Below, piece after piece: positions 46,612 to 55,782 of a stretch of 64,000 nucleotides of DNA (position 1 is its first letter; every line of letters begins with the position of its first letter). Under the pieces are notes generated by a model. The model worked only from the letters and a program-made list of their open reading frames with translations. It did not search any database and was not told the DNA's origin. The translations under genes and the position numbers were made by a program. The stretch is from Gemmatimonadales bacterium (GTDB lineage: Bacteria > Gemmatimonadota > Gemmatimonadetes > Gemmatimonadales > GWC2-71-9): NCBI GenBank assembly GCA_033764615.1, contig JANRIU010000061.1, positions 31,090 through 95,089 on the forward strand, written 5' to 3'.

Positions 46612-47796
46612 TCAGCGGGCGGGTTCGGCGGGCTGCGACGTGGCGGCGGCGCGGACGGCGTCGCGATAGGCGCTCGGTGTCTGGTTCATGTACAGCACGA
46701 AGGCGCGCTGGAACGATGCCTTGGAGTTGAAGCCGCTGTCGAAGCCGATCTGGACCAGGTCGAGCGTGCTGCCGGCGCGGATGGCGGCGGCGACCGCCTC
46801 GACGCGGAGGCGGTTGATGCACTCGTTGAAGCCCTGGCCGAGCCCCTGGTTGAGCGCTTTCGACACATACGACTCGTTGGTGGCGAGGTGCCGGGCGAGG
46901 CGGGCGAGGGTGAGCTGCGGGTCGCGCCACCACTCGTGCTGGCGGAGGGCGGCGAGGTAGGTGGCGCCGAGGGCGGGCCAGTCGGGGCCGCGCGGGCGGT
47001 CGGGGGCCTGGGGCTCGGGGCTTGGCGGCGGCTCTCCGGCTGCGATCGGTTGCTCGGCGTCGGGCTCATCGGCACGGCTGGGGTACCGGAGCTCGGCGTC
47101 GCGCCAGGCGGCGAGGCCGAGGAGCCAGACGATGGTGGCCTGGGCGAGGTAGAACGGGAACTCGTCGAAGTACGAGAGCGGGCGGATGAAGCGGTCGGTG
47201 AGCGCGACGGCGATCCAGAGCGCGGTGAGTGCCGCCATCACGCGGAGCAGCGTGCGGAGCCATGGGAGGCGGAACTCCTCGCGGTTGGACAGGTGGTCGT
47301 CGAGCCACTGCTGGTAGGCGCGGTGGGCGGCGAGCGCGTGCCAGCCGTAGGTGGCGAGGCCGGCGAGCGTCGCGGCCGTGATGGCGGGGGCGACGACGGG
47401 GTCGATGAGCGTCCGGACGAGCTCGTGCCGCGTCTCGAGCGGGACGAAGGCGAAGAGCGTGAAGTAGGTGGTGAAGTGCGCGGCGGCGGGGAGCAGGTGC
47501 GCCCACCAGCGCGGGGGGAGCGTGCCGCGTGTCAGGCGGATCACGTGCAGCCAGAGCAGCGGCCCGATCGCGAGCGGCAGGTCGAACGGGGCGAACGAGA
47601 GCCAGGGGTACGCGTCGTAGGCGCCGGCGTACCCGATGATGTAGGGGACGAGGCGGAGGACCAGCACGCCGAGGAGCGCGGCGAGGAGCCGGTTGGCGGC
47701 GTGGTTGTGCGTGGTGCGGAGCAGCAGTGCCGCGACGGCGGCGCCGTTGAGGGCGCCGAAGGCGAGGGCGGCGCTGAGGGGGTTGAGGTGGAGCAC
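46612..47796 (-). CDS. Membrane-anchored AraC-family transcriptional regulator
   Basis: The N-terminal half has about 6 TM helices. The C-terminal half has an AraC HTH (LARLARHLATNESYVSKALN...GFNSKASFQRAF). Confidence 0.8.
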   Translation of the reverse strand: MLHLNPLSAALAFGALNGAAVAALLLRTTHNHAANRLLAALLGVLVLRLVPYIIGYAGAYDAYPWLSFAPFDLPLAIGPLLWLHVIRLTRGTLPPRWWAHLLPAAAHFTTYFTLFAFVPLETRHELVRTLIDPVVAPAITAATLAGLATYGWHALAAHRAYQQWLDDHLSNREEFRLPWLRTLLRVMAALTALWIAVALTDRFIRPLSYFDEFPFYLAQATIVWLLGLAAWRDAELRYPSRADEPDAEQPIAAGEPPPSPEPQAPDRPRGPDWPALGATYLAALRQHEWWRDPQLTLARLARHLATNESYVSKALNQGLGQGFNECINRLRVEAVAAAIRAGSTLDLVQIGFDSGFNSKASFQRAFVLYMNQTPSAYRDAVRAAATSQPAEPAR

Positions 47797-47825
47797 GGGG
47801 TGGAAGGTAGGGGGTGCTGACCCCT

Positions 47826-48102
47826 GTCATTGCGAGGCCCGGAGCGGTCCCTGGAGCCGCTGTCATTGCGAGGCCGCGGAGCGGCCGAAGCAACCTTGCT
47901 GGCGTCGGCGAGATGCGCGTTCTTCAGTGGCTGTCATTGCGAGGCTGCGGAGCGGCCGAAGCAACCTTGCCGGCGAGCGCCGGGACCGCGGCAGCACGCG
48001 ACCCACCGGTGCGCGCGAAGAAGGTTGCTTCGCTCGCTGCGCGAGCTCGCAATGACAGCTCTTGGAAGGTCATTGCGAGGCCGCGGAGCGGCCGAAGCAA
48101 CC
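47826..48102. repeat. Family B cluster (four left arms, one right arm)
   Basis: Left arms start at 47826 (truncated), 47862, 47933 and 48069. The right arm is at 48021-48056. The cluster sits at the GC and content transition into the defence island. Confidence 0.85.
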
Positions 48103-48150
48103 ATGCTGGCGTGCGCCAGGAAAGCGCTCCAGGACGGGCAGGGGTCGCCG

Positions 48151-48179
48151 TTGCCTGTGGCCGCTGACGTAAGTACGAT
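48151..48179 (+). promoter_or_regulatory. Sigma-70-like promoter candidate for mazEF
   Basis: TTGCCT (48151-48156), a 17-nt spacer, then TACGAT (48174-48179). AGGAG at 48196-48200 lies 6 nt before GTG 48207. Confidence 0.4.
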
Positions 48180-48206
48180 GTGATTACCCTAGGACAGGAG
48201 CGGCAC

Positions 48207-48446
48207 GTGAGGACCCGCCTCATCCGCATTGGCAATTCGAGAGGCGTCCGGCTCCCGAAGCCGGTACTCCAGCAGGCGGGGCTCGTGGACGAGGTCGAGA
48301 TCCGCGTCGAGCCTGGTGCCATTACCATCGCCGCCGTGGGGTCGCCGCGTGCCGGCTGGGCGGCTGCGGCAGCGGGCGTCGAGCCCGCCGGCCTGCTCGA
48401 TGCGGCGACCGCCACGACGTTCGACGAGCGCGACTGGACGTGGTAG
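48207..48446 (+). CDS. mazE: AbrB/MazE/SpoVT-family antitoxin
   Basis: VRTRLIRIGNSRGVRLPKPVLQQAGLVDEVEIRVEPGAITI is a swapped-hairpin motif. It overlaps the toxin gene start. Confidence 0.75.
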   Translation: MRTRLIRIGNSRGVRLPKPVLQQAGLVDEVEIRVEPGAITIAAVGSPRAGWAAAAAGVEPAGLLDAATATTFDERDWTW

Positions 48447-48772
48447 GCGCAGCGGTCCGGCGGGGCGACGTGTGGCTGGTCGAGCTCAACCCGACCCGCG
48501 GCCGCGAGATCCGCAAGACGCGGCCCTGCGTGGTGGTGTCACCTGATGAGCTCAACGCGCACATGGGCACCTTCATCGTCGCCCCGCTGACGACGGGCAG
48601 CCATCGTTATCCGTTCCGCGTGCCTGTCCGCTTCCGCGGCAAGGACGGCCACGTCGTGCTCGACCAGCTGCGCACCGTGGACCGGGAGCGGCTGCTGGAG
48701 CGGCTGGGCTCGCTGACTGCCACGACGCTTGGCAAGGTCCTGGCGGTACTGGGAGAGATGTTCGCGCCGTGA
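48440..48772 (+). CDS. mazF: MazF/PemK-family endoribonuclease toxin
   Basis: RRGDVWLVELNPTRGREIRKTRPCVVVSPDELN...FIVAPLTT...VVLDQLRTVDRERL. Confidence 0.85.
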   Translation: MVGAAVRRGDVWLVELNPTRGREIRKTRPCVVVSPDELNAHMGTFIVAPLTTGSHRYPFRVPVRFRGKDGHVVLDQLRTVDRERLLERLGSLTATTLGKVLAVLGEMFAP

Positions 48773-49161
48773 GGGGGGCGGGCCTCGTCAAGTGGCCCGC
48801 TCGCCGCATAACACGGTCAGGTTGACGCGGGTGAGCTGTCGTTCGCGCGGCGGTGGTTCTGCCCCGCCCCCCGGCCAGCTGCGTCGATGTCGACGCGGAA
48901 ACCCGAAGATGGTGGTAGCGGCCAGCGCCGCCAGAGCTTCAATGGAGCCGGGTGTCAACGCCGGTCGATGTTGCCCACTTTCGCCGGTTGATCTTGCACA
49001 CTCGGCGGGCGGCCAGCCCGGGCGTCAGGTGCCGGGCGCGGGCCTGCGATTGCTGTAACGTCACCGTCGGCCGCCGCAGCGCGCGTCCTGCCTGCGGCAT
49101 CGGCAGTTCGGCGCTGGGCCGGTGACGCTGTGCCGATACCCTTGTTCGTGGAGGAATCCGC

Positions 49162-49896
49162 GTGACCTCGCGCCTCGCCCCTGCCAGTGCCTACAAGGCC
49201 GCCTTCGCCGCCCTCGCCGAGCGCGGCCTCGCCGAGAGCTGCCGTACGATGCTCGCGGCGCACTACGCCATGTCAGGGCATGTGGCGACGATGCGGTATC
49301 TGTGTGCGGCCATCGGGCGGCCCGCCGAGTATCGGGCGGGGAACCTCATCTACGGTGGACTGGCGAAGCGCGTGCGGCTGGAGCTCGGCCTGCCGTTCCT
49401 CGGCCTCGAGCTCGGTACCTTGGCGACCTACCCTGAGGACCCGATCGACGCGCTCGGTGAGTTCTCGTTCCGGATGCGTCCCGAGGTCTGCAGGGCGCTC
49501 GAGTCGCTTGGCTGGGTGCGCAGCGGCGCCCGGACCCCGCGGCCCCGGCGCGACCTGCCCCGTACGGCGGTCGAAGGCGCACGGCGGGAGCAGCTCGTGG
49601 CGCATCGCCGCCGCGAGCGCGGGCTTCGCGAGGCCAAGATCGCGGAGGCGTTGACGCGATCGCGCGATGGCCGCCTGCGCTGCGAAGTGCCAGGCTGCGG
49701 CTTCGACTTCGAGAGGACTTACGGCGCGGCCAGGCGCGGATACATCCAGATCCATCACATGAAGCCGCTGGGCGACTGGGCGAAGGGGGAGCGGCCCCGC
49801 CTGGAGGAGCTCGCGCTGGTGTGCGCGAACTGCCATGCGATGATCCACGCGGGGGGAAGGTCGCGCAGGTTGGAGACGCTCATTGTGCGGTGGTAG
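49162..49896 (+). CDS. HNH endonuclease with uncharacterised N-terminal domain (McrA/COG3183-like)
   Basis: GTG start with GGAGGA upstream. The C-terminus CEVPGCGFDF...IQIHHMKPL...LALVCANCHAMIH is a CxxC...HH...N...CxxC H (HNH) motif. Confidence 0.8.
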   Translation: MTSRLAPASAYKAAFAALAERGLAESCRTMLAAHYAMSGHVATMRYLCAAIGRPAEYRAGNLIYGGLAKRVRLELGLPFLGLELGTLATYPEDPIDALGEFSFRMRPEVCRALESLGWVRSGARTPRPRRDLPRTAVEGARREQLVAHRRRERGLREAKIAEALTRSRDGRLRCEVPGCGFDFERTYGAARRGYIQIHHMKPLGDWAKGERPRLEELALVCANCHAMIHAGGRSRRLETLIVRW

Positions 49897-50064
49897 ACGG
49901 GGCGTGAGGAAAAGGCTGCGCCTGCGAAGGTCTGCTGCAGCGGACTCGTCGCAGGCCTTTGCCGCGATCCCCTCGATATCTGCCAGATTCGAGCTGCATG
50001 AAGAATGAGGCTCGCACATGGACTGCCACAGAGGCACCAGCACCACGGCGCGTCAGAAGGAAGC

Positions 50065-53000
50065 TCAGACGACTTCAGATTGCTGACGCAGCTCCTCGAT
50101 GCGACGGACGAGCCGCTCCATCTGCCCGTCAGGGTCCTTGAACCAGTCGGTCGACCAGATCCGGTGCAGCGTCCAGCCGAGTGACTCGAGCTGCCGCTGC
50201 CGCAGCCGGTCGCGGTCCCGGGCGCTCTTCGCACTGTGGTATGTCGCGCCATCGCACTCGATGCCCAGCAGGAAGTCTCCGGGCTTGGAGGGATCCACTA
50301 CTGCGAGGTCGATGAAGTAGCCAGCCACGCCCACTTGCGCGCGCGCCTCGTAGCCCCGAGCCTGCAGCGCCATCGCCACCGCGATCTCGAAGTCAGAGTC
50401 CGGCGCGCGACCAGTCTCGGTGCCCCGGGCCCACCAGAGCTCGCCGCTCGCGTACCGCAGGTAGTCGCGCAGAACGCGTAGACCCCTCGGACTGGACTCG
50501 CTCACACGAAGGTTGTTCGGGTCGAACGAGTGGAAGACGTCGAGGCGATGCTTGGCGCGGGTGAAGAGCACGTTCAGGCGGCGCTCGCCGCCGGCCTGGT
50601 TGATGGGGCCGAAGTTCTGGCGCAGCTGCCCTGCCTCGTTGGGTCCGAACGTGACAGAGACCATGATCCGGTCTCGCTCGTCTCCCTGTACATTCTCAAG
50701 GTTCTTGACAGTGAACGGCTCCTGCGTGCCCGCGTGGTGGGCGCAGAAGTCCTTGAAGGCAGGGTCGTTCTTCTCTAGGATCTGCGCCAGCCCGTCGATC
50801 AGATCTGCCTGCTCGGCGTTCAGCGTCGCTACGAGCAGCGATTGCTCAGGGCACTCGCGCACATGACGGCGAACCTCGGCGATCACCCCTTCTGCTTCGC
50901 GCATGTTGCGTCGCCCCACGTAGACTGCGTCATCGAAGAGGTGTCGCACCACTCCAGCGCTCGCTCTCCCATTGGTCGGCGTCGGGAAGATGATCAGTCG
51001 ATCATGGTAGAACTCGCGATTGGAGAACGCGATGAGGCGTGGATGGCGGGAGCGGTAATGCCAGCGGAGCATGCGGACCGGGAAGCACGCAGCTGCCGCC
51101 AGCAGGATGCTCTCGGACCGCTCCAGCACCGTGACGCCGCTGGCGACCGGCGTCGGGCCCTGCTCGCAAACGGGCTGAGCATCGCTGTCCTCGGGCCCGT
51201 CCGGGCTGTCCTCCGGGATCTCATTCTCGTCGCCGGCATCCAGCCGGTCGAAGAACCGGGTCGGGCCGAGCTGCATGGGGTCCCCGACGATGAGAATCTG
51301 CTGGCCGCGCGCGATGGCACCCAGCGCATCCTCCGGGCGCATCTGTGAAGCCTCGTCCATCACGACGAGATCGAAATCGAACTGACCGACCGGCAGGTAC
51401 TGTGCGACAGCCTGGGGCCCCATGAGAAAGCACGGCTTCAGCGACTGAATCGCGCGCCCCGCGCGAACGAACAGCTCCCGGATGGCGAGATGGCGCTTCT
51501 GCAGCCCTGCCTGGTGGAGGATGAGCGGCTCGTTGGTCATGTCCCTCACGAGCGGACCCTTGCAGCCCGGGACCGCCGGCGTGCGGGCGAGCTCTGCCGC
51601 GATGGCGGCACGGGTGAGGATCTCACGATCGGCGTCAAGGCGGGCGAAGCGGCGACGTACCTCGGCGTGGGTGCCGCTGTCGAACGCGTCCAGGACCCGG
51701 ATCTCCCGCAGGGCAGCCGAGGAAAGATTGCGGAAGAAGGCTGCCTCGTAAGCATCGCCGGCACGATCTCGTGCGAGGCGCTCTGATTCGACGAGCGCGA
51801 CGATTTCACCAAGTCCCTCGGCCACGGCTTCGGCACGGGAGCGGCGGTAGATTGCCCACGGATAGAGCGCACTCTCCCGACTCAGCGCCAAGTCGAGTCG
51901 ACGCTTCAGCAGGTGGACAGGTACCTCGTGCAGCGGGTCATCTGCTTCCCGCCAGGCAGCAGCCTCGGCGCCAAGCGCGCCGATCCACGCTGCGTCGTCG
52001 AGCATGCCACGGGTCCGCAGCGGCGCGGCACTCTCCTGGCACCGTGCTAGGGCCGAGGCCAGCCGAGTCGTGCGCTCCCGCATGGCGTGGAGGCGATCTG
52101 GAGCCTCCGGACCGAGGAGCCATGCCTCGATTGCAGGCGGAAGGTCTGCCGCCTCCACCCGGGTGATGTACAGCAGCGCGTCCTCGAGCGCGTCGATCTC
52201 GGTGCTGGCACCCGCGACGCCCACGTCGAGCATCTGGAGGACCGAGGCACTCGCGACAACCCGGTCTTCAGCATCCCACGCTGCCTGCACTCGGGCGAAG
52301 CGCTCACTGATCGCTTGAAGGGTGGCCTCATGTCCGAGTCCGGTCGAGTCCGCCACGGCGAGGAACGCTTGGCAGCGATTCAGGAGGGCCTCCAGCTGCT
52401 CGGCGATCTCCGCAAGCGACTGCGCTGCCAGAGTCGACAACGGCTGCCGCAGCGCGACGGCACACCGGTCGAATAGAGACGGCAGCGCAATCGCTGCCTC
52501 CCAGCGCGCCCCCGCGCCCTTCGCGCGCTCCACCGCACCTTGCCACTGCACCGGAGAGGCAGCCGAAAGGAAGGACGTCAGATCGCGCCCGGCGCTGCCA
52601 AGCGGCTGACATGCCCGACGGACGGCAGCGTGCCAGTCCGCTGCGGCGAGCGCCGCATCGAATGGGGAGTCCACGCCAGAGGCCTGAGCACCGAACATGT
52701 CCGTGAGCAGCGGGTCGGTCCCAAACTCCCGTGTGGCATCATGGTTCACGACGAGCGCCCGCACGTCGCGCAGCATCGTTTCGCGATCCTCGCGGAGCCC
52801 CCCGCTCATGTCGCGGTAAAGCTTCACCGCGCTTCTGTAGCTGCCGGAGAGAAGCCACGAGAGAAGGCGCGGCGCGGTCGCAAGCACCGTCGCCGTGAGC
52901 CGAAGCTGTTCCATTGGGGGGCGGAAGCTCGGCTGAAAGCGGGCTCGCAGGGCGTCGCGGGTTTCGCGCAGTGCCGCTGCGCGCGCGCCCAGGACCTCGA

Positions 53001-55362
53001 GGCGGGCACGGGCCTGAACATCGGCGGTCTGGGTTTGGAGGAGGGCAAGTGCTCGCGGATCCAGCTCCATGCCCTCCCGGACGCTGGCAGCCAACGCCGC
53101 AGCGAGGGCTGCGCCCAAAGGGGCGCTGCCGTCGCCAACGGCAGCAGAACGACTCGCTCCGACACCGCCGAGTGCTTCGACAAGGTCGCGGACGACGGAA
53201 TCGGCATGCGTCACGAGCGCGTACAGCTGCGGCAACTCTGATGCGACCTCCCGGACCGTACGGATGAGGTCCGTAGCACCAAAGCGGTCCTCGATCGCCG
53301 ATAGTGCGGCCTGCACCTTGCCCGCCTCGTGGCGTGCCACCGCTCCGGGCACTCCCCACGGACCATCAATGGCGAGCCAGCGCTCACGTGCGGTTCGCAC
53401 CGCATCGATCGCGGCACGTACGTTGGGCACTTCAGTCGAGGAGAGTATCCGGTGGGGCAGATTGCCGGGCACGTGACTTGGCAGCTGGACGAGCTGCTGC
53501 ACCCCCTCCGCGATGCACCGCAAATCAGCGACCGGCGGAGCCGTCGCCTGCCCCAGCATCGTGTTCAGCGCGAAGACCTCGGCCTCGAGCTCCCGCAGCG
53601 CCGTGCGCCACGAATGAGCCGCCTCGAGCAGGTCGTCGACCTCGGCGTGGGGAATGTCCTCGTTCGTGATGCCAGCCCACGGGTGCTGGTCCAGAGTCGG
53701 CCCCTCCGAACGCACATTCTCGAAGGCACCCGCGAAGTTGTCCACGAGGTCACGGCGCGCAGCGACCGTCTGCTGTGAGGCCTGCGTCACCCTCTGGATC
53801 CGCAGTTCCTGAACTTCGCTCAGCACGTCAGGCGGGATGGCCGAAGCGAGTCGACGGGCTCGCCAAAAGATGTCGTACGGGGTCATCTTGACCGCGCCAA
53901 ACGGCTCGTGCAGCGCCTTGAGTGGCCGGGCAAGCTCGCTTCGCGCCGCCAGGAGGCGCTCTGTGAGAATCTCAAGGTCCTTGGGGCGGCTCGGGGGCTC
54001 GTCGCGCAAGGCGAGCCGGCGCCCGAGGGCCGCGACGAACTCGCGCTTCGCCGACGAGTGGCTGTGCAGAGGCAGGCAGAACTCCGCGAGGCCGGCTGCC
54101 TCGAGGCGGGTGAAGACCACGTCGAGCGCGGCCTTCTTTTCGGCGACGAAGAGCACCTTGCGGCCCTGCTTGATGGCGGCAGCAATGAGATTCGTGATCG
54201 TCTGAGACTTCCCGGTGCCCGGCGGTCCCTGGAGCACCAGATTAAGGCCGCGCTCGACGTCAACCAGCGCGCTGTGCTGCGAGCTGTCCGCCTCGATGAC
54301 GGTCGGTGGAAGGCTCCCGGGGCTCTCGTCGAGCTGGTCGAGCGGATACTCCTCTCCCGTCGCCTTCGCCGCCGCGCCTTCGTGGTCGACTTCGCGGCTC
54401 GCCCCAAGCAGTTCTCGGAGCGGAGTGCTGCTGAAGATGGGGCGTGCGGCGGGCCACTTGGCGGGATCGAGGTCCCGCCACATGAGGACCTTGCCGAACG
54501 AGACGAGTCCTAACGTGAGATACCGGCGCAGGCGCCAGGACGGCTGCGCGCGCTTGAGCAGGCTCTCGACCCGGCCGAAGTAGTGCTCGAGTGACTTGTC
54601 CTCATCAACCATGTCGGGAAGCTGGAAGCCGAAGTCGACACGGCACTTCTCCTGGAGGGTGACGTTCGCGCTCCAGTCCTCCCCGGTACGCTCGAGCGTA
54701 TAGCGGTAGGTGTTCGTATCGCGGTCCAGATCCCGGCGCTGCAGGGCGACGGGCACGAGTACCAAGGGGGCGAGGCGGACGATACGCTCCGAGTCACAAT
54801 AGCCCGCTTCCGACCATTCGATGAAGCCACAGAGCAAGTGCAGGCGATTGGCGCCCGTCTCCTCGAGTGACGTGGTCGCGGTCCGATGAATCTTGCGGAG
54901 CTGCTCCTCCAGTTCGTCTGGGAAGAACAGTGTCTGCAGTTTCCTGTCTTGATGCTTGGTGTGCGAGCTGGTCACCACCTTCGGAAGCTCGAAGTCGACT
55001 GAGACGCCCATTTCGGCGGCGCTCGCCGTGCGGCGAGCGTCGCGCCGGGCCTGGCTTGCGCGACGCTCTTCGCGCGCGCGCATCCGAGGGTCGACGTTGG
55101 ACTCGAGGGCGAGCTGCGCCGCATCGCGCTGGTCCGCTGTACGAACGCGGGGGCCCCCGGAGGGCTCGTCCAGCGATGCGAAGGAGAGCTTGTCGTTCTC
55201 CAGCAGGCGCTCGAATACCTGAGCAGGTACCTCATCCACGATCCGAAGAGAGGTCGCCTTGGGGTGCCGGTAGTTGAGCAGGGCGTTGTTGCCGGTGAGG
55301 TCCAGCAGGCGCCGCCGCAGTCTCTCCAGCAAAGGAGAAAGCTGGGCTGCGTCGTCGTTCAT
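50065..55362 (-). CDS. Giant DUF4011-like / UPF1-like SF1 helicase with C-terminal Vsr/DUF559-like endonuclease domain
   Basis: The N-terminus from ATG 55362 is MNDDAAQLSPLLERLRRRLLDLTGNNALLNYRHPKATSLRIVDE. Motif I LQGPPGTGKSQT (about 54.20-54.23 kb). Motif II VVMDEASQ (51343-51366). LNVLFTRAKHRL. Nuclease region GYFIDLAV..LGIECDGATYH (about 50.24-50.32 kb). Alternative starts are at 55389 and 55491. Confidence 0.85.
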   Translation of the reverse strand: MNDDAAQLSPLLERLRRRLLDLTGNNALLNYRHPKATSLRIVDEVPAQVFERLLENDKLSFASLDEPSGGPRVRTADQRDAAQLALESNVDPRMRAREERRASQARRDARRTASAAEMGVSVDFELPKVVTSSHTKHQDRKLQTLFFPDELEEQLRKIHRTATTSLEETGANRLHLLCGFIEWSEAGYCDSERIVRLAPLVLVPVALQRRDLDRDTNTYRYTLERTGEDWSANVTLQEKCRVDFGFQLPDMVDEDKSLEHYFGRVESLLKRAQPSWRLRRYLTLGLVSFGKVLMWRDLDPAKWPAARPIFSSTPLRELLGASREVDHEGAAAKATGEEYPLDQLDESPGSLPPTVIEADSSQHSALVDVERGLNLVLQGPPGTGKSQTITNLIAAAIKQGRKVLFVAEKKAALDVVFTRLEAAGLAEFCLPLHSHSSAKREFVAALGRRLALRDEPPSRPKDLEILTERLLAARSELARPLKALHEPFGAVKMTPYDIFWRARRLASAIPPDVLSEVQELRIQRVTQASQQTVAARRDLVDNFAGAFENVRSEGPTLDQHPWAGITNEDIPHAEVDDLLEAAHSWRTALRELEAEVFALNTMLGQATAPPVADLRCIAEGVQQLVQLPSHVPGNLPHRILSSTEVPNVRAAIDAVRTARERWLAIDGPWGVPGAVARHEAGKVQAALSAIEDRFGATDLIRTVREVASELPQLYALVTHADSVVRDLVEALGGVGASRSAAVGDGSAPLGAALAAALAASVREGMELDPRALALLQTQTADVQARARLEVLGARAAALRETRDALRARFQPSFRPPMEQLRLTATVLATAPRLLSWLLSGSYRSAVKLYRDMSGGLREDRETMLRDVRALVVNHDATREFGTDPLLTDMFGAQASGVDSPFDAALAAADWHAAVRRACQPLGSAGRDLTSFLSAASPVQWQGAVERAKGAGARWEAAIALPSLFDRCAVALRQPLSTLAAQSLAEIAEQLEALLNRCQAFLAVADSTGLGHEATLQAISERFARVQAAWDAEDRVVASASVLQMLDVGVAGASTEIDALEDALLYITRVEAADLPPAIEAWLLGPEAPDRLHAMRERTTRLASALARCQESAAPLRTRGMLDDAAWIGALGAEAAAWREADDPLHEVPVHLLKRRLDLALSRESALYPWAIYRRSRAEAVAEGLGEIVALVESERLARDRAGDAYEAAFFRNLSSAALREIRVLDAFDSGTHAEVRRRFARLDADREILTRAAIAAELARTPAVPGCKGPLVRDMTNEPLILHQAGLQKRHLAIRELFVRAGRAIQSLKPCFLMGPQAVAQYLPVGQFDFDLVVMDEASQMRPEDALGAIARGQQILIVGDPMQLGPTRFFDRLDAGDENEIPEDSPDGPEDSDAQPVCEQGPTPVASGVTVLERSESILLAAAACFPVRMLRWHYRSRHPRLIAFSNREFYHDRLIIFPTPTNGRASAGVVRHLFDDAVYVGRRNMREAEGVIAEVRRHVRECPEQSLLVATLNAEQADLIDGLAQILEKNDPAFKDFCAHHAGTQEPFTVKNLENVQGDERDRIMVSVTFGPNEAGQLRQNFGPINQAGGERRLNVLFTRAKHRLDVFHSFDPNNLRVSESSPRGLRVLRDYLRYASGELWWARGTETGRAPDSDFEIAVAMALQARGYEARAQVGVAGYFIDLAVVDPSKPGDFLLGIECDGATYHSAKSARDRDRLRQRQLESLGWTLHRIWSTDWFKDPDGQMERLVRRIEELRQQSEVV

Positions 55363-55782
55363 GCCGCTGGGGCTCGAGGCAGGTCGCATCGGCTGAGTAG
55401 CGAGAGGAAACGGCGGCGCGACTGAACGCTGGCGTGCTGCAAGAGCGCCGCACCGTCGAGGTGAACACGCCACGGGGGTCCACCAAGCCACTGACCCGTC
55501 AGCGATCCTCCGCCACAGGGCAGATGCGGCCGGTCACGCACATCGGTGGCAATCTAGCAAGCCGTGCGTCAACGAGGGTGGCCCTCGGGCGAAGTCGTCA
55601 GCGAGTCGGTAGCATGCCGAGCCAAGAGCGCCTTCGTAGGCGACAGCGAACGGGTGCAGCCAGCCGCCTCTGTCGAGCCGATTGACCCTGCCGCTGGTTG
55701 GCCAACGCCCAAGACCAGCTCTCGAGATGCATAGTCCCCTCCCAATCCCCAGGCCGGTTCAACACCAAGGCCCGTTGTTCCC

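Noticed and set aside
48939-49100. Small minus-strand ORF (53 aa, MPQAGRALRRPTVTLQQSQARARHLTPGLAARRVCKINRRKW...) in the 390-bp gap between mazF and the HNH gene, vaguely like an excisionase-type HTH.
   Set aside because: The similarity is only a loose LTxxxAA pattern. There is no SD, the composition is not convincing, and it is too short to support without a database search.
48150-49161. Looked for an integrase, transposase, tRNA or att-like direct repeats marking the left island boundary.
   Set aside because: None is visible. Only the family B cluster and mazEF are present, so the integration mechanism cannot be stated from this window.
49897-50064. Possible bidirectional terminator between the convergent HNH and helicase genes (aaagg..cctgcga...tcgcagg ccttt around 49910-49960).
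   Set aside because: The stem is interrupted by a 5-nt bulge and a 22-nt loop, and there is no T tract. It is too weak to annotate.
55363-55782. Possible small gene, anti-CRISPR, or orphan array in the 420-nt gap between cas3 and the helicase-nuclease gene (track ORFs 55359..55541(-) and 55434..55685(+)).
   Set aside because: The ORFs have no coding-like composition or start context. There are no direct repeats, only short palindromes (GTTGGCCAAC at about 55696-55705). It is most likely a promoter or terminator spacer.
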